From contig NMRA01000657.1 in NCBI GenBank assembly GCA_002633005.1, positions 103,884-167,883 of the forward strand: DNA of 64,000 bases. Direction: 5' to 3'. Made by a program: the position numbers and the translations under genes. The notes under the pieces were generated by a model that worked only from the letters and a program-made list of their open reading frames with translations, searched no databases and was not told the origin of the DNA. Source of the DNA: Phoronis australis. Its lineage: Eukaryota; Animalia; Phoronida. Position 1 is the stretch's first letter; each line of letters starts with the position of its first letter. Positions 1 to 11,672 of this stretch are shown here, piece after piece.

Positions 1-1162
1 CCCCCCCCCCCCCCAATAATTTTTACCTTCCTACGGGCCTGATGTAGATGTACAAAACTCTATTACATTTTTTAAATTATGCGCAAGATGCTGGTAATTG
101 TGGAACGCCAGAAATGTTAAAAATTGTTATTCTATTTTGACATACCACCGATGTGTGTTTGCTTTTAGTTATTGATTTGTGCGAATGTACTACATTTGTG
201 CACGCGTCTTTAATGTAGTTAAATAGATTGATTCCATTTGTGTGTTCATGATTTCCCATGGCAACCATTTTTGGATTATTAGAATTGTTGTAATGCTCAT
301 GATATAGCTTTGGTAGTGCAAACTTAGTTTACTTAGTTTGTTTAGGCAGTTTCAATTGACCATTTCCTGGGTATGTGGTGCGTGTGCAGTTGCGTACTCT
401 GTGGTAATTCCAAAATACCCGATTAATATGGCAGCGGTAGTTATTCAAGCTTGCAACCCCCCCCCCCCCCAAGTCTCAAGGGAGGGGCACTAAAATGCTT
501 TGAGCACAGTTGCCTGTTTTAACAGATCTGCCACCCTGCTTACCAACACTGATGATTTTGATCGTCGAGATAATTGGTTACCATGTTAACAAACAATCTT
601 AACAAACAGTCACTTTACGTGCTCTGGGAATGGTTGCCTTCTTCTAACATGAGTTCGACGTCAAATTGCTGCTTTTGGCTGCCGAAATACCTGATTATCA
701 TGGCAACGGTTCATAAACCAGATTTCGGCATAAATACTTCGAGCTCCATTACTAGTAACACGTCTTTGTCATCATATCTAAATCTGCTAAATTTAGCAGA
801 TTGGCTGTTTTCTGTCATGATCCCACGAGAAGTACAGTGCACTTATCCCTTTACGAACATTTTTAATCAAGCACGATTATTTCCGTTATGCGTGTTCTTG
901 CGTTCAGTATCTCTTTTAACTTAACTAAAACGACAAGTCGTTGCATTGCTGGCCTGTTGTTCAAGTCAAGCTAAATGTGTTTGTAAAAGCAATGACTATC
1001 TAGAACGAGAACGAAAGAACGAAAGCAATGCCTACTAGAAAAGAAAAGAGTTCGTTAGAAAAGATCGATGAAATGAAGACCTATGCGTTTTGTGAAGGGG
1101 TGAATAGCTTTACCGCAAATTGAGCAGTCAAACTGTGGGCCCTGAACACCGTTGAAACTTAC

Positions 1163-1330
1163 GACTAGGTGTGCCCCTGCCAGCAGGCCTTCTCCCGTGG
1201 GACGGATTAGTCCCGGATGAACACAATCCACAAGACTTCTTGCAATAGACCCTCATGTAACCAGGGTTGAATTGACAGTAGCGTCTGGATGCCCAGAAAT
1301 CACAGTGGCGATTTAGATCGCGGCAGTTAT
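1163..1330 (-). CDS. Gene A exon 10, ShKT domain 2 plus basic linker (CRDLNRHCDFWASRRYCQFNPGYMRVYCKKSCGLC)
   Basis: ShKT six-Cys pattern; CCTTCAG/GTAAGT; ends in phase 1 so the gene continues. Confidence 0.94.
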
Positions 1331-2106
1331 CTGAAGGAAAATACAAATCTCTCTGTAGCCTACCCGGTAATGATTTTCTCTCATGATATAACACCTTTGA
1401 GTCCGTGCTTCCAATTAATGTTCATATGCAGGTGCAAAAATAATACAAGCGTAACAAATACCACATTTATACATGTAGTTTATAAAGGCGTGTTCTATCC
1501 TCCCGAGACAATGGGATTTAAAGATTCGTTGACAACCGACTGAAGTGGGGCTTGAAAAACGGACGTCGATCCGTTTCATGATAAGTAGCCTACAGTGTAC
1601 GTGCTATGTTTTGGTTCGATAGACATGGCGACTGTCTTTTAAATGCAGAATCGCTACCAAATGTCATTCCACGAGACCATACATGTAGCCGCAGCCGCCG
1701 TCTCTAAACACTCATTACGAACTAAATAGGTGTCTAACTCAAGACAACGGAAACAACATTCAATAATTTTCGTGAGTTAGCAGCAAGGTTTACCAGCAAA
1801 ACACGAGCAGAATGTACACCCCTGGAAGTGGCTAAAGAGGAGTGTCCAAAAACCTTTCTTAGTTTTACAGCATGGTGCCAAGACTTATGTACCTATCAGC
1901 AATTACTATGGGAATGATAATGAACACATGTTTAAGTAAGCAAAACTATCTCGAATCTTCTCGCACTCACGCTGAACTTTGTGTGCACAGATCGGTCGTT
2001 GCGAGAAACTAAAGAGACTGCATGCCATTAACAAAATTTCGATGTTCGTTCCAACATTCATTTTCTGACTTAAGAGCAGTATGATGAAATTGACCATATT
2101 ACGTAC

Positions 2107-2298
2107 TGTTACCACCGCCGCCACCACCACCACCGCCGCCGCCTCCGCCGCCGCCGCCGCCACCACCACCGCCGTTTCCTCCACCACAGACCTTGCAGGA
2201 TGCGCGACAATTCTTCTGCATATACGCCTTGTATTTGTTGTTGTTACATTCGCCTTTTGTTGCCCAATAGTTACAATTGTTGTTGTTGTCTTTGCAAT
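2107..2298 (-). CDS. Gene A exon 9, ShKT domain 1 plus Gly linker (CKDNNNNCNYWATKGECNNNKYKAYMQKNCRASCKVC-GGGN-G21)
   Basis: ShKT pattern CxD..C..W....C..Y M...CxxSCxxC; CAG/GTACGT; phase 1-1. Confidence 0.94.
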
Positions 2299-3920
2299 CT
2301 GCGTAATGGAAAAGGATTTTCTTATTTTTTTCCTGGAGTTCTTTCCCCAAGTCCACGCTGTATACGTTAAATGTAACGTATATAAATTCCAAACAGACAT
2401 CTTATAATTTCATAAATTTCTTTTAATTAACACAACGCTGATATAGCCTCGAGTTAGTTATGAAAACGGCAACGTAAGCCAGACAAGACACATGATATTA
2501 TATTGCGACATTACAATAAATTATGATTAAGTAAATACAAATACACCTTGCATTAAAATTAATCTAACAACTGGCGCCCCAAATTAATTTTAAGTTAGAC
2601 TTGAAGATTCTTGTTAATTATTTGAAAGTCCAAATGTGCACTAGTACAAAGGTGGACTGGTCCGAAAGTCTGCTAATAAACCGCGCGGGGTATTATGTAT
2701 TTCCCTGAAAGACCATATTGAGAAATGAGTCGTTGAAATCACAGTAGTCCTATTCTATCACCTGATTCTTTGTATCAAGTGCACTTGAATCGCGCTGTGG
2801 GAAAGTCAGCAGCTGATTATTTACAAAGATGAAAAACGATGCAAATCGGATGTGCGACATCAGTCGACTGGCTGCAGTCGGCGACTATAAGAAATCGAAT
2901 TTCAATAAAATGATTGAATGAAAATTGTTAGCCAAGCAAACTATCAGCATGTATTCAACAATTTGTGTGCCTTCAAAATTTTTTGCTTTCATAATTCCGA
3001 TTTTGATTGGTTATCACAGTGTCAGCTTTGAAAGTGGCAACTAATGGTAGACTTCTCCATCATGAAATGGTCACGTAGTTCTTTTTAGTCATAACGATGA
3101 TAATACTGGACAACTGCTAAAACTCCTTAAGCTGTCCGAATGGTGGCGCTCACCGAAGGTAAAGAAGCAAAATTCACGTTCGCCAGATAATTTGTGTCCT
3201 TTGTACAGATTTCTACAAAAAGCGAGGAAGGGAAAGTATCAATCACCTCAAATTTTGCAGTATATACCATGTCAGTGGTTATCATTCCCAAAAATGTATA
3301 GCACATGTACATGCATACAAACGTTTATGAATTATACCAGGCAGCTTATAAAAGGTAACATGAACAGAGTGAGAAATAGTGATAGACCTCAATGTGAATT
3401 CCTACGTACTCTCCTCGGCTTTAGACACATCGCGAGCCCAATCTTCATCGCATATAACCAAAACATTATTTTTCAAAATTGTTGTGTAGTGTTTTTTTTA
3501 TTGTTGCATGTTCCCCCATGAGGAGGTTTTTGAAATCAATAAATAAATGGCATAAAAATCGCCAACATTGTTTAACACAAAACAAAATTTAGAGAAGAGA
3601 CCATTGTCGGTATGTCGTGTAAATTGTGGGAACAGTGTGCTGTCGGAATATTGAGTTTTTAGACTGTTGGGTTGTAACCACTCAAGGCTCCCGATTTCGC
3701 ACGTACATGTATAGGAAATCCCAACACGGTATACATGTATCAGTACCTGGCAGTCGGTATGATTCGGCACGTGTCTAACAACCGAAGCATTATGCAATAT
3801 TTCATGTAGAAAAATCCTATGTATTTTCGGACTATCCCAAACATTTTAAGTCTGTTCAGCACACCAGCGGTTGCCACATCACGTGACCTAGTGAATATAC
3901 ATGTAAGTTTGAACAGATTT

Positions 3921-4000
3921 CTCCCCCCACCGGTACTCGAACCCGCGGGACCTTCTTTCAAAGTGCAGACGCTCTAGCCCCCTCAGCAAACGGGCCTGCC
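3921..4000 (-). repeat. tRNA-like sequence, probably a SINE head
   Basis: B box GGTTCGAGTAC and degenerate A box; no clean cloverleaf. Confidence 0.5.
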
Positions 4001-4638
4001 GGTCACTTACATGTAAAGAAATCCAATCACACTTAGTTGCGGCACATCAAGAGTTCAAGTGCGAGATGCCTGCGCCACCTGACTACACCTAACAGCCGCA
4101 GTATTGTGCATTATAACATGTAGAAAAATATGAAAAATACACCAGCGAGTACGAAATCTTATATATTTTCGGACTAGTCCACCTTTGCACCACTGCAGTT
4201 TCGGATTAATGTCATGTAACCGTAACACACTGCGCCATAGGATTGACTGGCGTCGTGCCTGCCTCGCACCAGGAAGAGATAACCAGGAAGGGACAACTGT
4301 TTTAGCGCATTTTAACGGATATTCAAAAGTGATTTCAAAAGTAAATGTTACAGTCGTCTGGAATCCAAGCATTGTGTTTGAAAGCTTAACTCCTTAGCTA
4401 TAAAATGACACCACCTTGGTCCCCAAAGACTGCATATTAATGGCACTAGGATGCTTTGAACATGACTTGTTTTACCCTTAAAAAGATGCCTCTTCCCAGG
4501 CATGTACTCGGGCATGATCCTCTTTTTTGAACCAACAGATGTCACTTATATATGCAAATGAAGCTCGCATCTCCTACGTCATATGACGTCATACGATGTC
4601 ATACGACGCGAACTTCCAATTTGAACCCTCCGGTGCCT

Positions 4639-5120
4639 NNNNNNNNNNNNNNNNNNNNNNNNNNNNNNNNNNNNNNNNNNNNNNNNNNNNNNNNNNNNNN
4701 NNNNNNNNNNNNNNNNNNNNNNNNNNNNNNNNNNNNNNNNNNNNNNNNNNNNNNNNNNNNNNNNNNNNNNNNNNNNNNNNNNNNNNNNNNNNNNNNNNNN
4801 NNNNNNNNNNNNNNNNNNNNNNNNNNNNNNNNNNNNNNNNNNNNNNNNNNNNNNNNNNNNNNNNNNNNNNNNNNNNNNNNNNNNNNNNNNNNNNNNNNNN
4901 NNNNNNNNNNNNNNNNNNNNNNNNNNNNNNNNNNNNNNNNNNNNNNNNNNNNNNNNNNNNNNNNNNNNNNNNNNNNNNNNNNNNNNNNNNNNNNNNNNNN
5001 NNNNNNNNNNNNNNNNNNNNNNNNNNNNNNNNNNNNNNNNNNNNNNNNNNNNNNNNNNNNNNNNNNNNNNNNNNNNNNNNNNNNNNNNNNNNNNNNNNNN
5101 NNNNNNNNNNNNNNNNNNNN
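4639..5120. other. Assembly gap
   Basis: Run of N. Confidence 1.
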
Positions 5121-5820
5121 TTCCTCGAGAGTCCGAAATGTTTAGGAAGTGGATCGCAGTAGTGAAGAATGAAAAGTACGCTGTAAATAGCAAGTGTGAG
5201 GCCGTGGAACATCTCCTTGTCTGTGGCCTGCAGTGGTCGACAGCCGCGTGAGTGCCTGACGAATCCCAGCTTGCCAAATAACTATCCCTACGTTCCGTTG
5301 TCTGAGCTTGTTCACGGCGCCTCTTTAGTATTTCTTCATCACTGTATTCCTGTTCGAACTGATAGCCTGTGAAACCTAACGATCCACCTGCGAAGTCTTC
5401 GTCGGGACTGATGAGCTCTCGTCTAAGTCGCGGGGGATTGTGAGTTGCCATGTTGAACTTTTTTACTGAGCGTTCTGTTTCAAGATGAATTATTCTCACC
5501 CTAACCAATACTTACATAAAACTGAAACGAAGTCTGTCTCATTAGATGCAATTTGTAATGTCTTTGGAGTGTTCCTGAGTGCACACATGATTTCAGAAGC
5601 CAGCAATGAATAAATCCCTGCGTTACCGGCTTTAAGTGCAATAACTTAAACTAATTGACGGGACACCGAGGCCGTGTGAGCTCATGCTAATTTAGTGTTG
5701 GATGGCAGAAACTGTTGTAAAACAACTCGATTTCCATCCCACGGTCAGGTGTTAGGGAAATCTTTATTTATATTTACATTATTCAAATAATGATTGTCAA
5801 TGTACAGCTTCTGCTCTGAC

Positions 5821-6069
5821 CATGCGCGCACCCAGGGGGGCTCAGGGGCTCGAACGAGTTAGGGCAAAGTGGCGAAGTGGACAAAAAGGTCCGCCTCTGG
5901 GAAACAAAAAGTCCGTGAAAATGAGACTAAAGTCCTCTAAATAAGCACAATCGCGCAGTTCACAGTGGTGCCCCGTTTTTTTTAGCTCACCCGCTTTTTT
6001 GTTACCAAAAGGTCCAAAACGTCAGAAATTCGAGCCCCCCCCCCATATTGAAGGCTTGGTGTGCGCATG
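5821..6069. mobile_element. MITE with 5-bp TSD nested in Kolobok copy 1
   Basis: TIR CATGCGCGCACC versus CATGCGCACACC; TSD CTGAC; copy 2 has the empty site with a single CTGAC. Confidence 0.85.
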
Positions 6070-6118
6070 CTGACGGTGCTGTGGACAAAGCGGAATCTAA
6101 ATTCGCGGCCCCGACGAG

Positions 6119-6342
6119 GCGGTCTGATACACGTTGTACCAGACGTGCGCAGGCCTCGCATGTGGGCCCATTGCACTGATCACCTGGAAATGTTTTTATG
6201 CTTTATTAATATATGGTTAAAACCGAGCTGAGGAGCTAGAAACCTGGCTCAAAGGTTTAGCAGTGTGAACTGGTGGGACTTGAACCCACGACCTCGAGTA
6301 AAGAAAGCGGGCACTTATCAACCAGGCCACACTGCCTCCTCT
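6119..6342 (-). mobile_element. tRNA-derived SINE nested in Kolobok copy 1
   Basis: A box TGGCCTGGTTG and B box GGTTCAAGTCC on the minus strand; 10-bp direct repeat CCCCGACGAG; relatives at 59900 and 63086. Confidence 0.8.
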
Positions 6343-7149
6343 CCCCGACGAGTAAGTAGATTTGCAGTTTCGTGGCTAATTCACCAACATAATCACGTGC
6401 ACATTACTTTGGCTCACTAGTATAGTATTTTCCTGAATAGAAGTTTAGTTTCCAACTTTGGCTGGTTTATGTTCGTGATGTCTAATCAGTTTCCGAGCCA
6501 CTGGTCGGGATAACGAGTCAATCCGGCCGGCCGCGACGGGCCTGACCGGGCTCCGAGCTACTGGCCAGGGTAACGAGCGTTTTGCGTGTTTAGTACTCAA
6601 AAAAATCACAATTCTAAACAACACAGACTAGGTTCTCCTGTCTGTATCTCACGGAAAAATACTTCGAATTTATCTCCGAAAAAACCCCAAACTCCTGCTA
6701 CGGACCTTATTGGAATGCCGAGTCGTTGTAGGCTACGACCGTGTCCAAATACCAATAAATCCGTAACAGCGAAATAAAACAACACGTTTTTATACGAACT
6801 CGGTGTATTTTTAAGGGTTTTACATCGAAGTTTGATGATTTATTGGTATAAAACGATGAATTCAAGCGATAAGCTGACACCAGTAACTCGTGTTGTGAAC
6901 TGCTGAACAGACTGTGTGTGAAACCAATTACGTCATTGGCTAATTTCAAAACCTCAGTCTGCCGTCAGGTGTCAGGTAACGCAACCCTGCGTGCCGTTAT
7001 GGAGTAGAACTACTCGATCTAAATTGATACAAAATAGGTAGTTTTTGGGTGGCATGCTCCTTTAATACGCTCCGCAAAATTTTTGCTGTACAAATTTTCT
7101 CGAATTTTCGAAATACATTTATGAATGGTTAAGTGCACATTTTCAAGAG

Positions 7150-7406
7150 CGCTTAGACGACCTATGCTGCAAAAACGGAGACCCTGACAACAATTGTCCT
7201 GGCCAGGGCCCTCAAATGGTAAACCATACACTGACCCCGAGTTTTCAAAGTTCTCTTGAGTTTTCTCTCTGATCAGTATTCGAAGTCTTAGTTTCTTTTT
7301 TGTCTTTCCCCATCCCCACACCTTCGTCGGTTGCCATGGTTTAACCCTGAGGCATGCACATTTTTTTGGGGTGGCACTCGCCCTCCTCCCGCTTACTAAA
7401 GTCCTG
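7150..7406. repeat. Interspersed repeat fragment, same family as 33740-33991
   Basis: Shared blocks GTCCTGGCCAGG..CTCAAAxGGTAAACCAT and GTTCTCTTGAxTTTTCTCTCT. Confidence 0.7.
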
Positions 7407-7814
7407 ATGCAAGGAGTCCATCTTTGGTCCAAGGTCAATGTTCTGTTTCAACACGCACTCGTTGTATAGCTTGAGCATTAAATTAAAGGTTTAAGAAATA
7501 CAGGAGCAGTTTTGCGCATTTAATTGTGCGTGTAAAAGGTTTTATGGATTCGTTCCGAATTTGGTGCTGCAACTTGTCTCATGGGCCTGTACCCGGCGCG
7601 TGATCACAAATGTGGACACTAATTCGGCTATTGCGCAAGTCGACTGTAGCAAGGTGGCCAGTGAAAATGTAAGGCAGCAGGCCAGTGGGCGTGTGTGCTT
7701 TCTAGTCTCTTATTATGAAAACCATTGAAGGCAATTATCAGCACCTGCAAACAAGAATTTTGAAGTATGGAGAATTTCAACAGGAGTTTGCTGTAGACTT
7801 AGTCGCGAAGCTGC

Positions 7815-8088
7815 NNNNNNNNNNNNNNNNNNNNNNNNNNNNNNNNNNNNNNNNNNNNNNNNNNNNNNNNNNNNNNNNNNNNNNNNNNNNNNNNNNNNNN
7901 NNNNNNNNNNNNNNNNNNNNNNNNNNNNNNNNNNNNNNNNNNNNNNNNNNNNNNNNNNNNNNNNNNNNNNNNNNNNNNNNNNNNNNNNNNNNNNNNNNNN
8001 NNNNNNNNNNNNNNNNNNNNNNNNNNNNNNNNNNNNNNNNNNNNNNNNNNNNNNNNNNNNNNNNNNNNNNNNNNNNNNNNNNNNNNNN
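7815..8088. other. Assembly gap
   Basis: Run of N. Confidence 1.
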
Positions 8089-8796
8089 TCGAGGAATCTG
8101 AGGCATTTAATGATGAACAACTGTTGTGGCTTAATTTGGAAAAACACTTAGCAAAACTAACTTCCAAGTATGCATACTGTGGCGGAATTAAGAAATACGA
8201 TTATGGCAGTGCTAACTGTAGCAGAGCCACAAAGTGTGCTAAAATAGTAGGAAATTAAGCATAACATTTCTGTAGCAGATAAAAGGTTGATTGGCGCAGG
8301 GGGAGACCGAGGTCTTCAATGCTCAGAAAGATTTCGGCAGGCAAGAGACTTGCAAAGAAAATGGCACAGTTGAGTTCGGGCATTCTAAAGGAAAGAACTG
8401 CAGCCAATTCCACTTACTCGGTGCAACTTTTCTCACCCGACGGCGTTGTTTCACGATACCGCAACTTCAAACAACGTCAAAGAAACGAAACGCGGAGGGT
8501 GAGATATTTCAGAGTATTAATATTTATTCTTGGATACAGGTGTCCACCTCAAAATGAATAACCCACGGTCATTCTTTATGCCGATAGCAATGTTTTCGCC
8601 AACTGAAGAAGAACAAGAATCATAGACATCCCGCGCGCTCCGTCTATGGTTGTGACACTTCAAACTTTCAACACGATAGGTAGCCGCAGAAAGTTCGATG
8701 TTGACCTCATTCTAATCTTCTCTGTAATCCACAGTCTGGGGACGAAAACAATTCAAATCCGCTCCTCGAAATAGGGCTTGCTTAGCTGGAATTCAG

Positions 8797-9044
8797 GGGC
8801 CCGTTCCAAGAAACTGACTTAAGTTCATTTTTGACTGAAGTCTAAGATTTGTCTCAAATTCCGAACTTTAAAACTTCTACATTTGATAAGATAGTCAAAA
8901 TTAAGACAAAACTTAAGTAAAAAACTTAAGTCGAACATAATATCTCTTTTTTGAAATGATCTTGACACAGATTTAAGTCTTATCTTAAAATTGACTGAAA
9001 GTTAAGATCTGTCTTAGCTAAGTCAGTTTTCTTGGAACGGGGCC
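8797..9044. mobile_element. PIF/Harbinger-like MITE
   Basis: TIR GGGCCCGTTCCAAGAAACTGACTTA with inverted copy; 3-bp TSD CAG. Confidence 0.8.
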
Positions 9045-10023
9045 CAGAACTGCGGTCATGAGAGTGTTTTCACCTCCTGATTGCGAAGCGATCGAGTTAG
9101 CAGTGGTATCTTCATCAGCGCGTGCTCTCAGCGGGAGGTCACCGCTTTATGCACTCAAGCGCTCGACAACAGCTAAACTGACGAGTCTCAGAACTCCCAC
9201 ATGCAAATTTGATATGCAAATGAGGGAGTACTTGACTACTGCGCCATCTATACATCGACGGAAAATAAGCTTTTCCGTCGATGTATAGATGGCGATGTAT
9301 TTTTTAAAAATACCCGTGACTGCGTGTGGGAAATTGCGATTGCGTGCACTGAAGTCGATATTTTCAAAGTACAATTTCACCACTGTTTAAGGTTGAAAAG
9401 TGAGTTTTTTTGATATCCTTCTATAGAAAAAGCTTTAATCTCTCTGATAAAATCATCTGTTTCTTTTTAAACGAAACTTAAATCCTGAAATTAGTCCGGG
9501 GAAGGAGGCCAAAAACGGCGGTTTAGCTAGTTGTCCCTTCCTGGTTATCTCTTCCTGCTCGCACTAATATAATATAGAAAATGAATGGCCAAGTCAGCTT
9601 GGTTCGACAAAAAAGATCGTCAAGCATTCAGCACCAAATATTGTTTGCAAGACCCTTATCATTAGGAATGTCAAACTGAAGTTAGCCGGTGTTTGAGGAT
9701 CAAGTTATAGGCTAGTTTGTGCTCAGTAGAGTGACAATCACGTAGTTGGTAGACAGAATCATAAGAACCATCAAATGCACACGAAATAAATGGTGAAATA
9801 GGGATGGTGTTGACAAGTTTCTAATTTAATAGTACAGAAAACGAGCTAGGTCATATATACACGACCACTAAGTGAAGTGAGTCAGCGCTGCTGGCAAAGA
9901 CAGTAGTCATACCATACGCCGTAAGTTTTTCGTAAATTATGCTTCACATTGGCTAAACCATCAAAGCCATGTTGGTGTAGGTACGTTTGAGCACGGCGTT
10001 TTTTGATGGGAGCGCAGCATTGC

Positions 10024-10218
10024 GTCCCGGGTTCTATGCACCCCGGGTCCTTTGTGTCCTGGTTCTATGTGTTCCAGGTTCTATGTGTCCCGGGTTCTAT
10101 GTGTCCCAGGTTCTATGTGTCCCAGGTTCTATGTGTCCCAGGTTCTATTTGTCCTGGGTTCTATGTGTCTCGGGTTCTATGTGTCCCGAGGTCTTATGTA
10201 TCCCGGGTTTTATGTGTC
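10024..10218 (+). repeat. Minisatellite, about 12 copies of 16-bp GTCCCRGGTTCTATGT
   Basis: Directly visible tandem array. Confidence 0.92.
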
Positions 10219-11501
10219 TTTATTTTGTGTTACAGTGCAGGCGCTAAGCGGACGAGTGTGCAAGTTTTAGCTCCAATCGCCAGTTTTGGTTCACATTACA
10301 ATTTTAAGGTGCTTTTTGATCTTCATATAGGAAAAACATTGACCTCATTGACCTTGAGTTGCATGCATAATTAGGTCAACATTTGGCCTAATAACATCAA
10401 CTACATTCAGTCATATCTCTGGAACAACATGACAGAATCTCAGGGTCTTTGGATCGATTCTTATGTTCCTCATGAGACCCCGGGCGCTCAATTACTTTTT
10501 GACACTTAAGAGGTCATTCAAGATCAGGATCACGTGACAATTTTCCCACAACGATATCCTTAGCCAAAAACGTTCATAATATTCGAATCACAGGCAGTAT
10601 GTGCAGGTTTCATAAGAAATTTCCATATTTGGTCCAAATGACCATTTTGATTTGCACTAAAATAATTTGACTCCATTAACTCTAATTTGCATGAATAATT
10701 AGCTCATAGTTGTGAGTAATAATTATAATGACTTACTTGTAAGCATATCTCTCAAACCATTTGGAGGTATCCGACGATCTGTGACTCGAATATGTTAACC
10801 TGCGCTCCCAGTTCATTTTTAAAACTTCCAACGTCATTCTAGGTCAAAGTCGCTTGAAAATTTCCCATAATTCGCCATTTTACCCCAAAAAGTACATAAA
10901 ACTCATGCAGTGAACAGTATTTGAAGATCATGTAAGAAATATCTATTCTTTTCCGAAATGGCCATTTTGAGTTGCTTTCGAGCGCTGACCAAGGACATAT
11001 AGAACCCGGTTTGAAATTAACCATTGTCCCCCTGGAGAAATTGTCCGGCTTGCACGTATTTGAATGAATAACCGGGTAATCCACTGCAACACGACCGCGT
11101 GCTGGCATTCAAATACATGCAGCTAGGACATTCTTTAAGGGGAAACAATCACAACTACCACACCGGTGATGTCTTTAACTCTTAAAGAGTTCCCACAAAT
11201 ACTCCGGCAGTGGTCCTTCCCGGCTTCCGTCCAGGAAATTGAAGACTGAACTTGAACGTGCAGAGGATTATGGAGGGTCTGCCAGTCACGCTGAGAGTTG
11301 GCAGCACGGATAGGGGGCGTGTCTAGGTATTATGGTGACAGCGTGAAGACCAATTCTGGCTATGGTTAGTTCACTGAGTCCTCAAGCACAAAGACAATGT
11401 CGGTTATCTTCAAAGAGAAGTACTTTTCACATACCTGAAAAGTTGAGCGACTTCCGTATTACTAATTTGAACGATGTAGAAATCAATGGCAAGTCACTCA
11501 C

Positions 11502-11672
11502 TTTTATCCCCACCGCCGCCACCGCCACCGCCGCCGCCGCCACCGCCGCCGCCACCGCCACCGCCGCCGCCACCGCCACCGCCACATTCTTTCACGGGAT
11601 TGCCAGGGCAGTAGCACTTACAGTCTTTCCCCACAAATCCCTCGCCAGGGCACCTCTTTCGGGAGCACCGAC
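11502..11672 (-). CDS. Gene A exon 8, Cys-rich EGF-like module (CSRKRCPGEGFVGKDCKCYCPGNPVKEC) plus Gly25
   Basis: TTTGCAG/GTGAGT, phase 1-1, six Cys conserved with 50088-50255. Confidence 0.92.

Larger units (their letters stand above)
5121..7061 (-). mobile_element. Kolobok-like DNA transposon copy 1 (other end in N gap)
   Basis: End GGGTGGCATGCTCCT|TTAA; inverted homology to 42637-44544; THAP-like peptide FPRESEMFRKWIAVVK..LLVCGL (+, from 5121) and GYQFEQEYSDEEI peptide (-, 5451-5260). Confidence 0.75.
4270..9557. mobile_element. TIR DNA transposon, P-superfamily-like, apparently non-autonomous, with nested insertions
   Basis: Perfect 29-bp TIR CAGGAAGAGATAACCAGGAAGGGACAACT (4270-4298, 9529-9557) flanked by 7-bp direct repeat CTCGCAC. 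Confidence 0.85.

Noticed and set aside
4552-5212. Long ORFs in the track (also 7713-8167)
   Set aside because: They are open only because they run through N gaps.
6260-6340. Functional tRNA genes (also 3921-4000 and 48725-48810)
   Set aside because: A and B boxes are present but stems do not form a cloverleaf, and they are attached to repeat bodies.
9987-10374. Cys/Pro-rich repetitive ORFs in all three frames
   Set aside because: Translation of a 16-bp minisatellite; unit not a multiple of three; no splice support.
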